Shown piece after piece: positions 31,273-42,802 of a stretch of 64,000 nt of DNA (position 1 is the first letter of the stretch; each line of letters begins with the position of its first letter). The notes beneath the pieces were generated by a model. It was not told where the DNA came from and did not search any database. It saw only the letters and a list, made by a program, of their open reading frames with translations. The DNA is taken from contig CAWHCF010000008.1 of the NCBI GenBank assembly GCA_963827655.1, positions 32,001 through 96,000 of the forward strand, written 5' to 3'. A program made the translations under genes and the position numbers. The stretch is from an uncultured Acidobacteriota bacterium. Lineage in GTDB: Bacteria > Acidobacteriota > UBA6911.

Positions 31273-33122
31273 ATGACCTTCTTCAAAGCTAGCAGATTGC
31301 CTGTGTTGGCGGGGCTGTTGTGCCTGTTGCTCATGGGCTTCGCTGGTGCTTCCTACGGTGCGGTTCGATTCGATGTGGTCGGGTCGCCCACCGAGGTGAT
31401 TAACACGGGTCGTTCGGAGGTGGTCGGTTCGATCAATTTGATCGTGCGCGGAACCGGGAACCTGACCGGGACCTCTACGATGGGTTGTAACCAGATCGGG
31501 ATTATTTATACCAATCCCGCGATGCAGATTGACAATACCATGACGACGGGGATCCGGATTTTCTTCAGTTCCGGGTTTGCCTCGGCCTTCACGGTGGGGG
31601 CGACGACGCCTTGCGCGACGGTGGGGGTTGTCGACATAAGAAACCAGGACATTAACGGGCGCTGCTCGGGCTTCATCACGATCAACATGGCGCCCGGTGC
31701 TGCGCCGGCAGAAGGCGACTTTATCCGGCTTGACGGGGTTCGCGGCAGGGTGGACGCCAGCCTGGCGATCACGCCTGGAACCGATCTCTTTGCCGACCTG
31801 CAGTCGATCAACGATCCGGCGGCGGCTCTCTTTACTCCGGACCGTGTTCGCGTGGCGAAGTCACTCGACGGAATGAATGTCGAAATCAGGGCCGACTCGG
31901 TTCTGTTGTGCTTCCCGACCCTTGGTGTGGCCGGAGGAGCGGCGCCGGGTTACCAGGTTCGGATAACCGAGGGATTTGCCCGGGCCTTTGTCGACAGCGA
32001 CGCCAATAATGACGGAGCGCTGTTGAATGACCGAGTGGATAGCGGCAGTGAGGCGAACATCCATGACGATGAACGCGGGCAATACGGCCCCGGTCGCCAA
32101 TCCTGGAGCGATCGCTCTGGGTTCGCCTACGAACTCTACGCAGTTCCTGGTCTGGCTCGAGGGTATACCGACGAGCGTGTCGGGGGTAACGTGGCCTACA
32201 GCGGTGGGCGTGCTGCCTGCGTCGAGTACTCCGAATGCGCAGCTGGTATTCCAGAGCAGCGGCTTCACGGCTTCGGCGGGAATCGCATTCGCCTATTACT
32301 CGTATGAAGCCATCAATCAGACCGGAGTCAGTGATATCAATCTGGAGGCATTCACCTTCGGGGCGAATGTGGCGGCGAGTTCGCCGATGGCGGCGTTGTA
32401 CTACACGCCGATAATCGTCGTGCTGAAGCCGAATCAGAATGTGGGCGGTAGTATTCTCGCTGCAGTCGCGCTGGGGCCGGATGTCTCGGAGGCGAGCGGC
32501 TGCGGCCAGCCGGGAACCTCACTGCCTGCCAATGCGCGTCCGCGATTCCTGCAGATGTACGAATCCGACTCGATAGCGACGAACAATCCGCCATCGGATC
32601 CGCATCGTGCCTTTTCGACCGTGGTTCGTTGCAACTGCTACCTGCTGTTCACCTATGTGACGGCGACGTCCACATTCAATACAGGCATCGTGGTGGCCAA
32701 TACGACCGGAGACACGGAGGTATTCGGCATCAACGACGCACCGGACCAGTTAGGCAACATAACGTTCTACTTCTATGATCGGGCAGCGGGTTTTGTCGGT
32801 TCTACGGCGACGACTGCAGCGATCAATATGGGTAGAAGCTACGTTGACCTGATCTCGGGCATACTGCCCACAGGTGTAACCAGCTTCAGCGGCTACGTCA
32901 TAGCCAAGGCAGAGTTCCAGTTCTGCCACGGATTTGCGTTCATAGCAGATTCGGCGTTCGGCTCCATAGCCCACGGGTACCTGGCTAACGTGATTCCCGA
33001 TCCGGCCATCAAGGGAGAGTTCGTCACGGTGGGTACCGGCTTCGGTTAGGAGGAGAACGGCGGCGGATGCCGGCGACAATGGAAGCCCGCTCACGCCAGC
33101 GGGTGAAGGGTTGAACAACTAG
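31273..33122 (+). CDS. Secreted ~615 aa putative S-layer or major surface protein, copy B (indels near 32060 and 33040)
   Basis: Near-identical to copy A; ORFs 31168-32307 and 32027-33049 plus the shared tail ...AGEGLNN*. Confidence 0.8.
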
Positions 33123-33145
33123 TACAACCCGGTTTCATCAGGCTT

Positions 33146-33184
33146 GGGGTAGTCTCGCGTCTGCGGGACTACCCCATTTTTTTT
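33146..33184 (+). terminator. Intrinsic terminator, copy B
   Basis: Same hairpin as copy A, followed by a T-tract. Confidence 0.9.
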
Positions 33185-33280
33185 CGCTTCGCGTTCCTTG
33201 GGTTCCTTGCGTCTTGCGCTATGCGCAAGCGCACGGCCCCTCTATCCCGATTCGTCTCTTTTCTGTTAATATCGCTACTT

Positions 33281-34003
33281 GTGTATAAAGATCGCCGCAT
33301 AACCATCGTCATCCCCTGCCTTAACGAAGAAAAGGGAATTGTCGAAGTTCTTTCGGGAATGCCTTCCTTTGTGGATGAGGTTCTGGTCGTTGACAACGAC
33401 TCGACCGACCGGACCGCAGAGCTGGCAGGCAGCCTCGGGGCCCGCGTGATCCACGAGAAAATTCGTGGTTACGGCCGCGCTTACAAAACCGGCTTGTTTC
33501 AGGCGCAGGGTGACATCATCGTAACCCTCGATGGGGACCACTCCTATCCCGTGGACGCCATTTCGTACCTGCTCGAAGTGTTTCTGCGGTCGAAGGTACG
33601 ATTTCTTTCGGCTTCCCGGTTTCCACTAAAGAACCGGCGCGCCATGTCACTCAAACACTGGTTTGGGAACAAGCTTTTGAGTGTGGCGATGTCTCTGCTT
33701 TATCTGCGCTGGGTCAGGGATTCCCAGTCGGGAATGTGGGTTTTTGAGCGGGAGAGCTTGCTGCAAATGAATCTCGTCAGCGACGGGATGGCTTTCAGCG
33801 AAGAAATAAAGATTGAGGCGATTCGAAACCCGCAAATCGGCTTCAAGGAAATCTACATCGACTACTCCAACAGGCTGGGCGAAATCAAGCTGCAGCCCTG
33901 GAAGGACGGCCTGCGCAATCTCCTGTTTCTGATCAAGAAGCGTTTTACGTGGCGGCGGCGCCCAGCCGCCTTGGCGTCTTTGTCCAAGGAATCGGAAACC
34001 TAA
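33281..34003 (+). CDS. GT2 glycosyltransferase (polyprenol-phosphate sugar synthase-like)
   Basis: VVIPCLNEE, VVDNDSTDRT, GYGRA, LDGDHSY and DSQSG. Confidence 0.9.
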   Translation: MYKDRRITIVIPCLNEEKGIVEVLSGMPSFVDEVLVVDNDSTDRTAELAGSLGARVIHEKIRGYGRAYKTGLFQAQGDIIVTLDGDHSYPVDAISYLLEVFLRSKVRFLSASRFPLKNRRAMSLKHWFGNKLLSVAMSLLYLRWVRDSQSGMWVFERESLLQMNLVSDGMAFSEEIKIEAIRNPQIGFKEIYIDYSNRLGEIKLQPWKDGLRNLLFLIKKRFTWRRRPAALASLSKESET

Positions 34004-34081
34004 CAAGGCTGAGCGATGGCGGATTTCACCGATGGCGGATTTGAGGTGCCATCGCAGCTTGATAACCTTAATGGTTAATGA

Positions 34082-34963
34082 ATGACGTCGGATTCTACAA
34101 CAGTCGTGGTCTTGCCTGCGTATAACGCGGCCAGGACGCTGGAGAAGACCTACGCGGACATCCCGAAGGAAAAAGTCTCGAAAATCATTCTGGTCGATGA
34201 CGTAAGCCAGGACCAGACTGTGGAGGTTGCGCGCTCCCTGGGACTCAAGACCATTATTCATGTGCAAAACCGGGGATATGGAGGAAACCAAAAAACCTGT
34301 TATCTGGAGGCTCTCAAGGAAGGCGCCCAGGTCGTGGTCATGTTGCATCCGGATCATCAATACGACTCGCGTCTGGTGCCGGACCTGGTTCAACCCATCC
34401 TGGAGGGAAGGGCGGATATGGTGATGGGTTCCAGGATCCTGAACGGACAAGCTCTTTCAGGCGGAATGCCGCGGTGGAAATATGTCGCAAACCGGTTTCT
34501 CACGACGGTGGAGAATTTCGTCTTCGGGACGCGGCTTACCGACTGCCACAGCGGCTTTCGAGCGTTCAGTCGCAAGCTGCTCACCACGGTTCCGTTTCTG
34601 CTCAACTCTGACGATTTTGTGTTCGATTCACAAATGATTGCCCAGGCCGCCTACATGAAGTTCAAAATAGCCGAGATTCCGGTTCAGGCACGTTATTTTC
34701 CGGAAGCGTCAAGCGTCAATTTTCGCGTGAGCACGATTTACGGTTTGAAGACGCTCTGGCTCGTGCTCAAGTTCTCGCTGCAATCGCTGCGCTTGGCGCG
34801 CTTTGGAATTTTCGACAAGACTCTTCCCGAAATTGTAAGCAAATATTATCACGAAGCCATTTTCTCGGGCGCTGGCGGCCGCGGATCCGGGGCCAGAGAG
34901 CAAGCGCTGGTAGCAGAACCCGGAGGCCATGGGCCAGAGCGAGCCGGAGGGTTGACCTCGTGA
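34082..34963 (+). CDS. GT2 glycosyltransferase (DPM synthase-like)
   Basis: VVLPAYNA, NRGYGGNQK, HPDHQY, TDCHSGFRAF and NSDDFVFD. Confidence 0.9.
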   Translation: MTSDSTTVVVLPAYNAARTLEKTYADIPKEKVSKIILVDDVSQDQTVEVARSLGLKTIIHVQNRGYGGNQKTCYLEALKEGAQVVVMLHPDHQYDSRLVPDLVQPILEGRADMVMGSRILNGQALSGGMPRWKYVANRFLTTVENFVFGTRLTDCHSGFRAFSRKLLTTVPFLLNSDDFVFDSQMIAQAAYMKFKIAEIPVQARYFPEASSVNFRVSTIYGLKTLWLVLKFSLQSLRLARFGIFDKTLPEIVSKYYHEAIFSGAGGRGSGAREQALVAEPGGHGPERAGGLTS

Positions 34964-35088
34964 TTTTCTCGCGCCTGACCTCTTCGGGTTAAGCCAGGAC
35001 ATATGCCACCTTCAAGGCGAGAGATCGCCGGAACTCGGCTCACGCTTCCAGACCTCACCACACTGTCTCCCGATTCCCGGCCCCGTAG

Positions 35089-36117
35089 ATGAGTGCTAGA
35101 CCGGGCCTCATTTCAATCATCATCGTAAACTGGAATGGGATGTCGTATCTTCCCGAGTGTATTGAGTCCTCGCGCCGGCAAGAGTATTCGAACAAGGAAT
35201 TAGTAATCGTGGACAACGGTTCCACGGATGGATCGCTGGAATGGCTTCGAACCCATGGTGCCGGAATTGATTCTCTCGTAGAGTTGGATCGCAATACCGG
35301 CTTTGCAGGCGGAGTAAACGCCGGTATTCGGGCTTCGCAAGGGGAATTCATTGCGCTCTTGAACAACGACGCTGTTCCCGCAGGCGATTGGCTGTCCGAA
35401 CTCGCGAGGCCAGTACGGGAAGAATCAGTCGGAATGGTGGCGTCGAAAATTCTGTTCTACGATCGGCGCCAGGTCATCGACAAGGTAGGGCATCTCCTCT
35501 ACCCTGATGGACTGAATCGCGGCCGCGGTGCAGGGGAACTCGACGCGGGCCAGTTCGACTGCGAAGAAGAGGTATTCTTCCCCGACGGCTGCGCTGCCCT
35601 CTATCGCAGAACGATGCTCGAAGACGTGGGGCTCTTCGACGAACAGTTCTTTGCCTACGGTGATGATGCTGACCTGGGTCTGAGAGCGCGCTGGCGGGGC
35701 TGGAAATGCAGTTACGCTCCTCGCGCGATCGTGTACCACAGGCATTCGAGCACGCTGGGAAAATACTCGCCGACGAAAGCCTTTCTGGTTGAGCGCAATA
35801 GATTGTGGGTAGCTGCCAAGCTGTTTCCATTGCCGCTGCTTCTGGTAACGCCCGCTTTCACTCTCTGGCGTTTTCTATGGCACCTGTCGAGTGTTTTTTT
35901 GTCACGTGGTTTAGCCGGAGGCGTTACCCGCGAACACAGCAGGTGGAGTCTTTTTCTGGCGCTCCTGCGAGCCTATTTCTCCGGGGTCAAAGGGCTGGGA
36001 AGCATTCTCCGAAAGCGACGCGATGTTTTTCGCAACAAGAGACTGAGCAATCGTGAGTTCTATGCGCTGGTCCGGAAGTATCGAATCTCGGCGCGGGAAC
36101 TGGCTCTCAAGGATTGA
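35089..36117 (+). CDS. GT2 glycosyltransferase (rhamnosyltransferase-like)
   Basis: IIIVNWNG, VDNGSTDGS, NTGFAGGVN, LLNND and FFAYGDDADL. Confidence 0.9.
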   Translation: MSARPGLISIIIVNWNGMSYLPECIESSRRQEYSNKELVIVDNGSTDGSLEWLRTHGAGIDSLVELDRNTGFAGGVNAGIRASQGEFIALLNNDAVPAGDWLSELARPVREESVGMVASKILFYDRRQVIDKVGHLLYPDGLNRGRGAGELDAGQFDCEEEVFFPDGCAALYRRTMLEDVGLFDEQFFAYGDDADLGLRARWRGWKCSYAPRAIVYHRHSSTLGKYSPTKAFLVERNRLWVAAKLFPLPLLLVTPAFTLWRFLWHLSSVFLSRGLAGGVTREHSRWSLFLALLRAYFSGVKGLGSILRKRRDVFRNKRLSNREFYALVRKYRISARELALKD

Positions 36118-36231
36118 CGATTGACGATTGACGATTGACGATTTGACATGCTTCGTTATTCTTCGTGTCTCAGAGTCTTCGGGACGAGCATATTCGTTAA
36201 TCGTCAATCGTCAATCGTCAATCGTCAATCG
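36112..36231. repeat. 7-mer palindromic element with an 8-mer-family sequence in its loop
   Basis: (gattgac)4 ... cttcgtgtctcagagtcttcgg ... (aatcgtc)4; the first unit supplies the TGA stop of the upstream GT2. Confidence 0.9.
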
Positions 36232-37842
36232 AAGACATTCGACTATAGCTACCTTGTTCTTGCTGTCCCTTTTGCTTTGGATGGTGCATGCGCTCTGGCT
36301 GGCTCGAGACTCGCGCCCCCCGGTTTGGGATATGGCGATGCACCAGAGCTACGCGCTGAATTACTGGCCGGGCGGATACTCTCAGGCGTCTCCGTGGCAC
36401 TGGTCCGGCAACTACCCCCCTTTTGTCCATCTGGTCATTGCGCTGTGCTATCTGGTTTTTCATCCTGGACCGCATGTGGCGGTTCTCGCGAATTTCCCGG
36501 CCACGCTTCTTCTGCTCTGGGGAGTATACGAACTTGCCTCGGAGTTCGCCGGTCGGGAAGCGGCCCGGTGGGCCTGTTTTTTGACGGCGCTCACGCCCTA
36601 CCTGATATGGATGTCGCGGGAGACAATCCTCGATTACTGGCTGTCCGCCTGGGTGGTAGCGAGTCTGGTGGCGCTGAGACGTACTCGCGGATTTCGCGAA
36701 CGGCGGCCCAGCCTCGTACTCGGTCTCGCGCTTGCTCTCGGTCTCTTGACCAAATGGCTCTTTGTTGGCTTTCTGGTTTTCCCCATCATCTACGTTTGCA
36801 TTCGGGAGCGGGTCTGGAGATATTCCACGCGCATGATCAATGTGGCCGACACTCTCCTGGTGGCTGCTGTGCTGGCCGGTATCTGGTATCTTCCAAACTT
36901 GCCGAAGCTGGTTTCCTATTTTCCGGAGAACGCCGCGATCGGCGCCCGGGAAGGCGAGCCGCCGGTTCTCTCCTTTCAGTCGCTGATCTATTACCTTCGC
37001 CTCCTCGAAGGTTATCAGCTCTTCGCTCCCCTTTTCCTGTTGTTGTTGATTTCGTCGATTCGTGGTTTGGAAAAAGGGACTGCTGCAAGACGCGAAATTC
37101 CTGGTGATCGCGATCGCAGGGGCGTGGCTGGCAATGACACTGCTGCGCACCAAAGATCCGCGATTCACGATGCCGCTCCTTGGGCTACTGGCTATTTTAC
37201 CGGCTGCCTGGCTTCAGTCGTGGAGTCGAGCATGGATTTCGCGGACGGCGAAGGTCGCCCTGGTTGCGTTCCTCTTTTTCCAGGGATATCTGATAAATTT
37301 TGGCGTGTCGTGGCTTCCGTCCGAGATCATCCTTGTTCGGGGATATCAAGGGTCGCTTCGCTGGGACTGGAATCTTTACCTCCAGCACTACTTCCACATC
37401 CTGGGCGCTCCGTTGAAGAGAAGACTGGAAGCAGGCGGAAATCATACGCACTTTGGAGAGAGATTCGGCGCGCAGCGGGTTGAGGCGCAGTCTGGCGCTG
37501 GTTCCGGATCTGCCGAGGTTCAACGCGGCCAACTTCCATCTCTACAGCCGTCTGCTGGGGACTCCGCTGCGAGTGGATCATCCTCAAGCCGCCGCCGGCG
37601 TCCGTTCATTCGATGGATTTGACTACGTGCTCATGACCGAAGGAGACCAGGGCATGCCCTGGACAACCCTCGCCAGCCGGTCCCTGAACCAGATCGTCGT
37701 GGATGCGCCGCAAGTGTTTCGGCTGGTCGAGATTTTTCTGCTTCCCAGCGGGGATTCGGTCCGGCTCTATTCAGTGCATCGTGGCGAAGCCGGCCGGCCT
37801 GTACCAATTGACGATTTACGATTTACGATTGACGACCGTTGA
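36128..37842 (+). CDS. GT-C fold membrane glycosyltransferase (ArnT/PMT-like); start uncertain; indels near 37060 and 37410
   Basis: PPVWDMAMH, NYPP, LGLLTKW and KDPRF; many TM helices across ORFs 36128, 37062 and 37453. Confidence 0.78.
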
Positions 37843-37912
37843 GTTAACCATACGGACATTGAACTTGACGATTAGACAATCGTCAATCGTCAATCGTATC
37901 AATCGTAAATCG
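37807..37912. repeat. 7-mer palindromic element between the two GT-C genes
   Basis: attgacgatttacgatttacgattgacga ... caatcgtcaatcgtcaatcgtatcaatcgtaaatcg. Confidence 0.88.
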
Positions 37913-37915
37913 AAT

Positions 37916-40050
37916 ATGCGGCCGTTTACTCAAAACCCGACGTTGAAGCGCTCACAAGTCCGCCAGCACCTGGCTATCCTGGTGGTCACGGTCATTGCCT
38001 CGGCTATTCCGTTTCTGGACCAGCCCTTTCACATGGATGACAACTTCTACCTGGACATGGCCCGAAACGCCCGCGCGAAGCCGCTTTACCCCAACGATAC
38101 TCCGTACGTGTTCGAAGGGCGCTGGCTTCCCGACATGGGATCGCATTCCCACCCGCCGCTTCAGACTTATTTTCTGGCACTTCTGCAGGTCTTGTGGGGC
38201 GAGGGTTTGGGAAAGGAGAGACTGTATCATCTCAGCGCCCTTGTGTATCCGATTGCCGCCGTAGTCGCGATGTATTTCCTTTCGGCTCATTTTGTCGAGC
38301 GACCGCTCTGGCCCTCATTGGTCTTGGCGGTCTCCCCGGTGTTTATGGTCATGCAGCACAATCTGATGACCGACCTGCCCACGCTCTCTTTTTGGCTCGT
38401 CGCCACCGCAAGCTATCTCTGGGGAATCAGCCTGGGGTGGCGCAGCCTTCAGGCGCTGAGCTCCCTCTCATTGTTCGGAGCGATGTTCACGAGCTACCAG
38501 GCGGCCGCGCTTGTCCCTCTTCTGGCGTTTTATCAGGTTCGTAAGGGAAAGGGGAACGGCGGCTGGGTTGCTCTCCTGGTTCCACTGGCCGGCATGGGAG
38601 CATGGCTGGGACTCAACTATTTGCATTATCATCGCCTGCTGCTGGTGGATACGATCGGATACATTCAGTCTCGCAACGCAAGCGTGCTGCCGGCCCTGGG
38701 CAACAAGCTTCTCGGAATTCTGGAATATCAGGGATGGCTGGTGCTCTTCCCCTTCTTTCTGGTCTATGTTCTGGGCCGCGGCGCCAGGGGCCGTTTGCTG
38801 GGTTTAGCAACCCTCGCGGCGCTCTACCTGTCGCAGATGGTCGTGCCCCACTATCGACTGGTTGACAAAATCAATTTCATCATAGGCCTGGTCGCGGGTG
38901 GGTTCATCGTCGGTCGGATGATCAGCCTGTGCCTCGACGTCTTTTCACGCAAGGCCATTCACTCCGGGTTTGCGCGCGTGGAGGGGCAGTTTCTCGCCCT
39001 ATGGTATTTCGGCGTTTTTGGCTATTGCCTGTTCCTATTTACCGAAGGCTCGGCACGATACGTCCTTCCTCTGGTTCCGGCGGTGCTTTTGTACTTCTTT
39101 CGACATCTCGAGATAAGGGAGATTTCAGAGTACCGCTTGGAACGCCGACCATTCCTGAGTTCTGCAATGATTGCGAGCGGTTCCCTCGTTCTTACGCTTG
39201 CGTGGGGTTTGGCGTTGTCTCATTCGGACCTGGAATTTGCTCGAGTCTACACCCGCGCGGCGGCCGAGATTTCTCGGGCTGTGCCGAAGTTGGATCAGTA
39301 CTACGCAGGAGAGTGGGGATTTCGATACTATTTCCAGCAGGCGGGGATGCGGCAGCTACCCCCGGATGAAACTCTGGTTCGCGGGGGCGCCTTGCTTGTT
39401 TCTCCCACGCTCGCCCTTCCATATGATGTGCCTGCCGGCCTTCTTTCTATGACCATGCCCTTTCAGAGTTTTTCCTATCCGGTAGGTACGCCTCTGCGAA
39501 CCCTGGCGCAGGAAAGCCCGGCTGCATTCTACAGTACGCACTGGGGTTTGCTTCCCTTTTCGATGTCACGGGCGAATGTTGAGTTTATCGAGGTCCGCCA
39601 GGTGAATTACATGATTGAGCAACTCCCCCTGGCAAAGATCGAAACCACGTCGTCTGAAAGACCCTGGCCCGGATATCTCAGGCTTCAGGGAGAGAGCCCG
39701 CTAGCGATGCTGGCAAGACCGGATACGGATATTCGTCTATGTCTGGAACCTGGAGGAGTCGTTGCGCCTTGATCTGCGAGTCGGGATCAGCCCGGAGTCG
39801 TACCGTGAGGGTCAGGAGTCGCCCTGCGAGTTCGAAATCCGCCAGTGTGATGCAAACGGCGCGGTATTGACGCAGCTATCGCAAAATGCTCGATCCCGGC
39901 CTGCGCAAGGAAGACCGAGTCTGGCAGCCTGTCAGAATTGAACTGCGAAGCAGGCGCGAAGGGGCTGAAACTCTGGAATTTCGTTATTCTTCGAAAATTA
40001 AGGCGGGCACGATCGCCTTCGCAGGATGCTATCTGCGAAAGGTGGAGTAG
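37916..40050 (+). CDS. GT-C fold membrane glycosyltransferase (ArnT/PMT-like) with soluble C-domain; indels near 39735 and 39885
   Basis: PFHMDD, HPPL, MTDLP and ARYVLPLVP; about 12 TMs; the shifted frame continues to ...YLRKVE*. Confidence 0.8.
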
Positions 40051-40234
40051 GTCCGAGGCCTTGTTTGCATCGTATGGTCCTTGGCGTTGCTGGGTGTCTT
40101 AGCCAGTCATGGTTCTTGGACTGCCGGCCCACTGACCAAGACCCGAAGACACCGAAACGCGAAGCATCTGAACGTGCAAGGCAATAAATAGTTGAAATGG
40201 CTGGCTCTACACTGGCCCGAGCGGTTTTTTTTGT

Positions 40235-40263
40235 TTGCACGGCAAAATTGAACGTGCTAGACT
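40235..40263 (+). promoter_or_regulatory. Promoter of the tRNA-tuf operon
   Basis: TTGCAC-N17-TAGACT with extended TG, 15 nt before tRNA-Thr. Confidence 0.65.
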
Positions 40264-40278
40264 CAGTTCCTTTGTCAC

Positions 40279-40354
40279 GCTGGCGTAGCTCAGTTGGTAG
40301 AGCAGCTGATTTGTAATCAGCGGGTCGGGGGTTCAAGTCCCTTCGCCAGCTCCA
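40279..40354 (+). tRNA. tRNA-Thr(TGT)
   Basis: Cloverleaf, anticodon arm ctgat-ttgtaa-tcag, CCA end. Confidence 0.97.
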
Positions 40355-40576
40355 GACGGTGGCGGGAACTAGGGTTTCGCGGCGGCGGGAATGGCATCCA
40401 GAGAATCCAATCTGCGGCGGATTGGGTTGGAGCGGCGTTTTTAGCAGTATCCGCACTTGTATCAAAATCGACCGGATATATTTTTCATGTCCGGCTCACC
40501 TTTTCAGCTCCCTGCACTTTCTTCTGGTCGGAGGCCGGAGGTCAGCCCGAAACTGTCGCGTAGGTTGGAGATCTTA

Positions 40577-40664
40577 GGAGAGGTGGTCGAGCGGTTAATG
40601 GCACTGGGCTGTAAACCCAGCGTCCTTCGGGACTACGAAGGTTCGAATCCTTCCCTCTCCACCA
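40577..40664 (+). tRNA. tRNA-Tyr(GTA)
   Basis: ctggg-ctgtaaa-cccag anticodon arm, long variable arm, CCA. Confidence 0.97.
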
Positions 40665-40680
40665 GGTTCAACTTTAGCGG

Positions 40681-40756
40681 GCGGGAGTAACTCAGTTGGT
40701 AGAGTCATAGCCTTCCAAGCTATTGGTCGCGGGTTCGAGTCCCGTCTCCCGCTCCA
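40681..40756 (+). tRNA. tRNA-Gly(TCC)
   Basis: tagc-cttccaa-gcta anticodon arm, CCA. Confidence 0.97.
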
Positions 40757-40856
40757 TGAAAGGAAGTGACCGGTGACAAGTGGCAGGTGAGTGGCGACCT
40801 TGCTGGCTTGCTTGTCGCTCTTTTCGCCGTTTGGGATGAAGCTGTCGTTATGGATT

Positions 40857-40932
<76 letters not shown>

Positions 40933-41072
40933 GAGACTGAATGAAAGAGCGTAAGCGATAACCAAGAAGGCTCGAGGAGAGCCGCGTTGGAAGGGATCGA
41001 CGGGTAGCGGGCGACTAGCGAGCGAACGCAGGTTCCGACCTTGGCGCTGGTTATGCTCACTGGAGAAAAAGT

Positions 41073-42260
<1,188 letters not shown>

Positions 42261-42271
42261 CGAGACGAACG

Positions 42272-42421
42272 ATGAGAGACATCATTACTTTCGAATGTAC
42301 CAAGTGCAAGAACCGGAACTACACATCAACGAAGAACAAGAAGACCACCACGGAGCGCCTGGAGTTGAAGAAATTCTGTCGAACATGCCGGAGCCACACG
42401 CCGCACAAGGAGACTCGTTGA
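42272..42421 (+). CDS. rpmG: 50S ribosomal protein L33 (Zn-binding form)
   Basis: [49 protein letters not shown]; translated by hand, below the ORF-track cutoff. Confidence 0.96.
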   Translation: MRDIITFECTKCKNRNYTSTKNKKTTTERLELKKFCRTCRSHTPHKETR

Positions 42422-42433
42422 ATGAAGAATTGC

Positions 42434-42510
42434 AGGCCAGTAGCTCGAATTGGTAGAGCGGCGGTCTCCAAAACCGCATGTTGGGGGTTCGAGTCCCTCC
42501 TGGCCTGCCA
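42434..42510 (+). tRNA. tRNA-Trp(CCA)
   Basis: gcggt-ctccaaa-accgc anticodon arm; canonical rpmG-trnW-secE position. Confidence 0.97.
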
Positions 42511-42573
42511 ACTCCTGCGCGTAGCCGGGCATCTTCAGAGAGAGTCAGCCATTGAGGCAGAGTGACAGGACCG

Positions 42574-42801
42574 ATGAAAGATTTCTTTCTCAAGATTAAA
42601 GACAGGTTTCGCCGATCCATCGAGTTCATCCGCGACGTTCGGAAAGAGCTGAACATGGTTTCCTGGCCTTCTCGGACGGAACTGACGGGGACTACGATTG
42701 TCGTCATCATGGCCGTGTTTCTGTTCGGATTTTTCCTCTACCTGGTAGACATGGGGGTCGGCGCCGGCATGAATTACCTCTTCTCCCGCGCGGGACGCTA
42801 A
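42574..42801 (+). CDS. secE: Preprotein translocase SecE
   Basis: ELNMVSWPSRTEL plus a single TM. Confidence 0.95.
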   Translation: MKDFFLKIKDRFRRSIEFIRDVRKELNMVSWPSRTELTGTTIVVIMAVFLFGFFLYLVDMGVGAGMNYLFSRAGR

Positions 42802-42802
42802 T

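Larger units (their letters stand above)
30996..33191 (+). repeat. Tandem duplication copy B
   Basis: Paralogous to 28578-30772, with patchy substitutions. Confidence 0.95.

Noticed and set aside
28855-33122. Phase variation or pseudogenisation of the duplicated genes by frameshift
   Set aside because: The indels lie at different, non-repeat positions in each copy and match the window-wide error pattern.
28578-33191. Diversity-generating retroelement template/variable repeat pair
   Set aside because: No reverse transcriptase, the repeat covers whole genes, and the differences are not adenine-specific.
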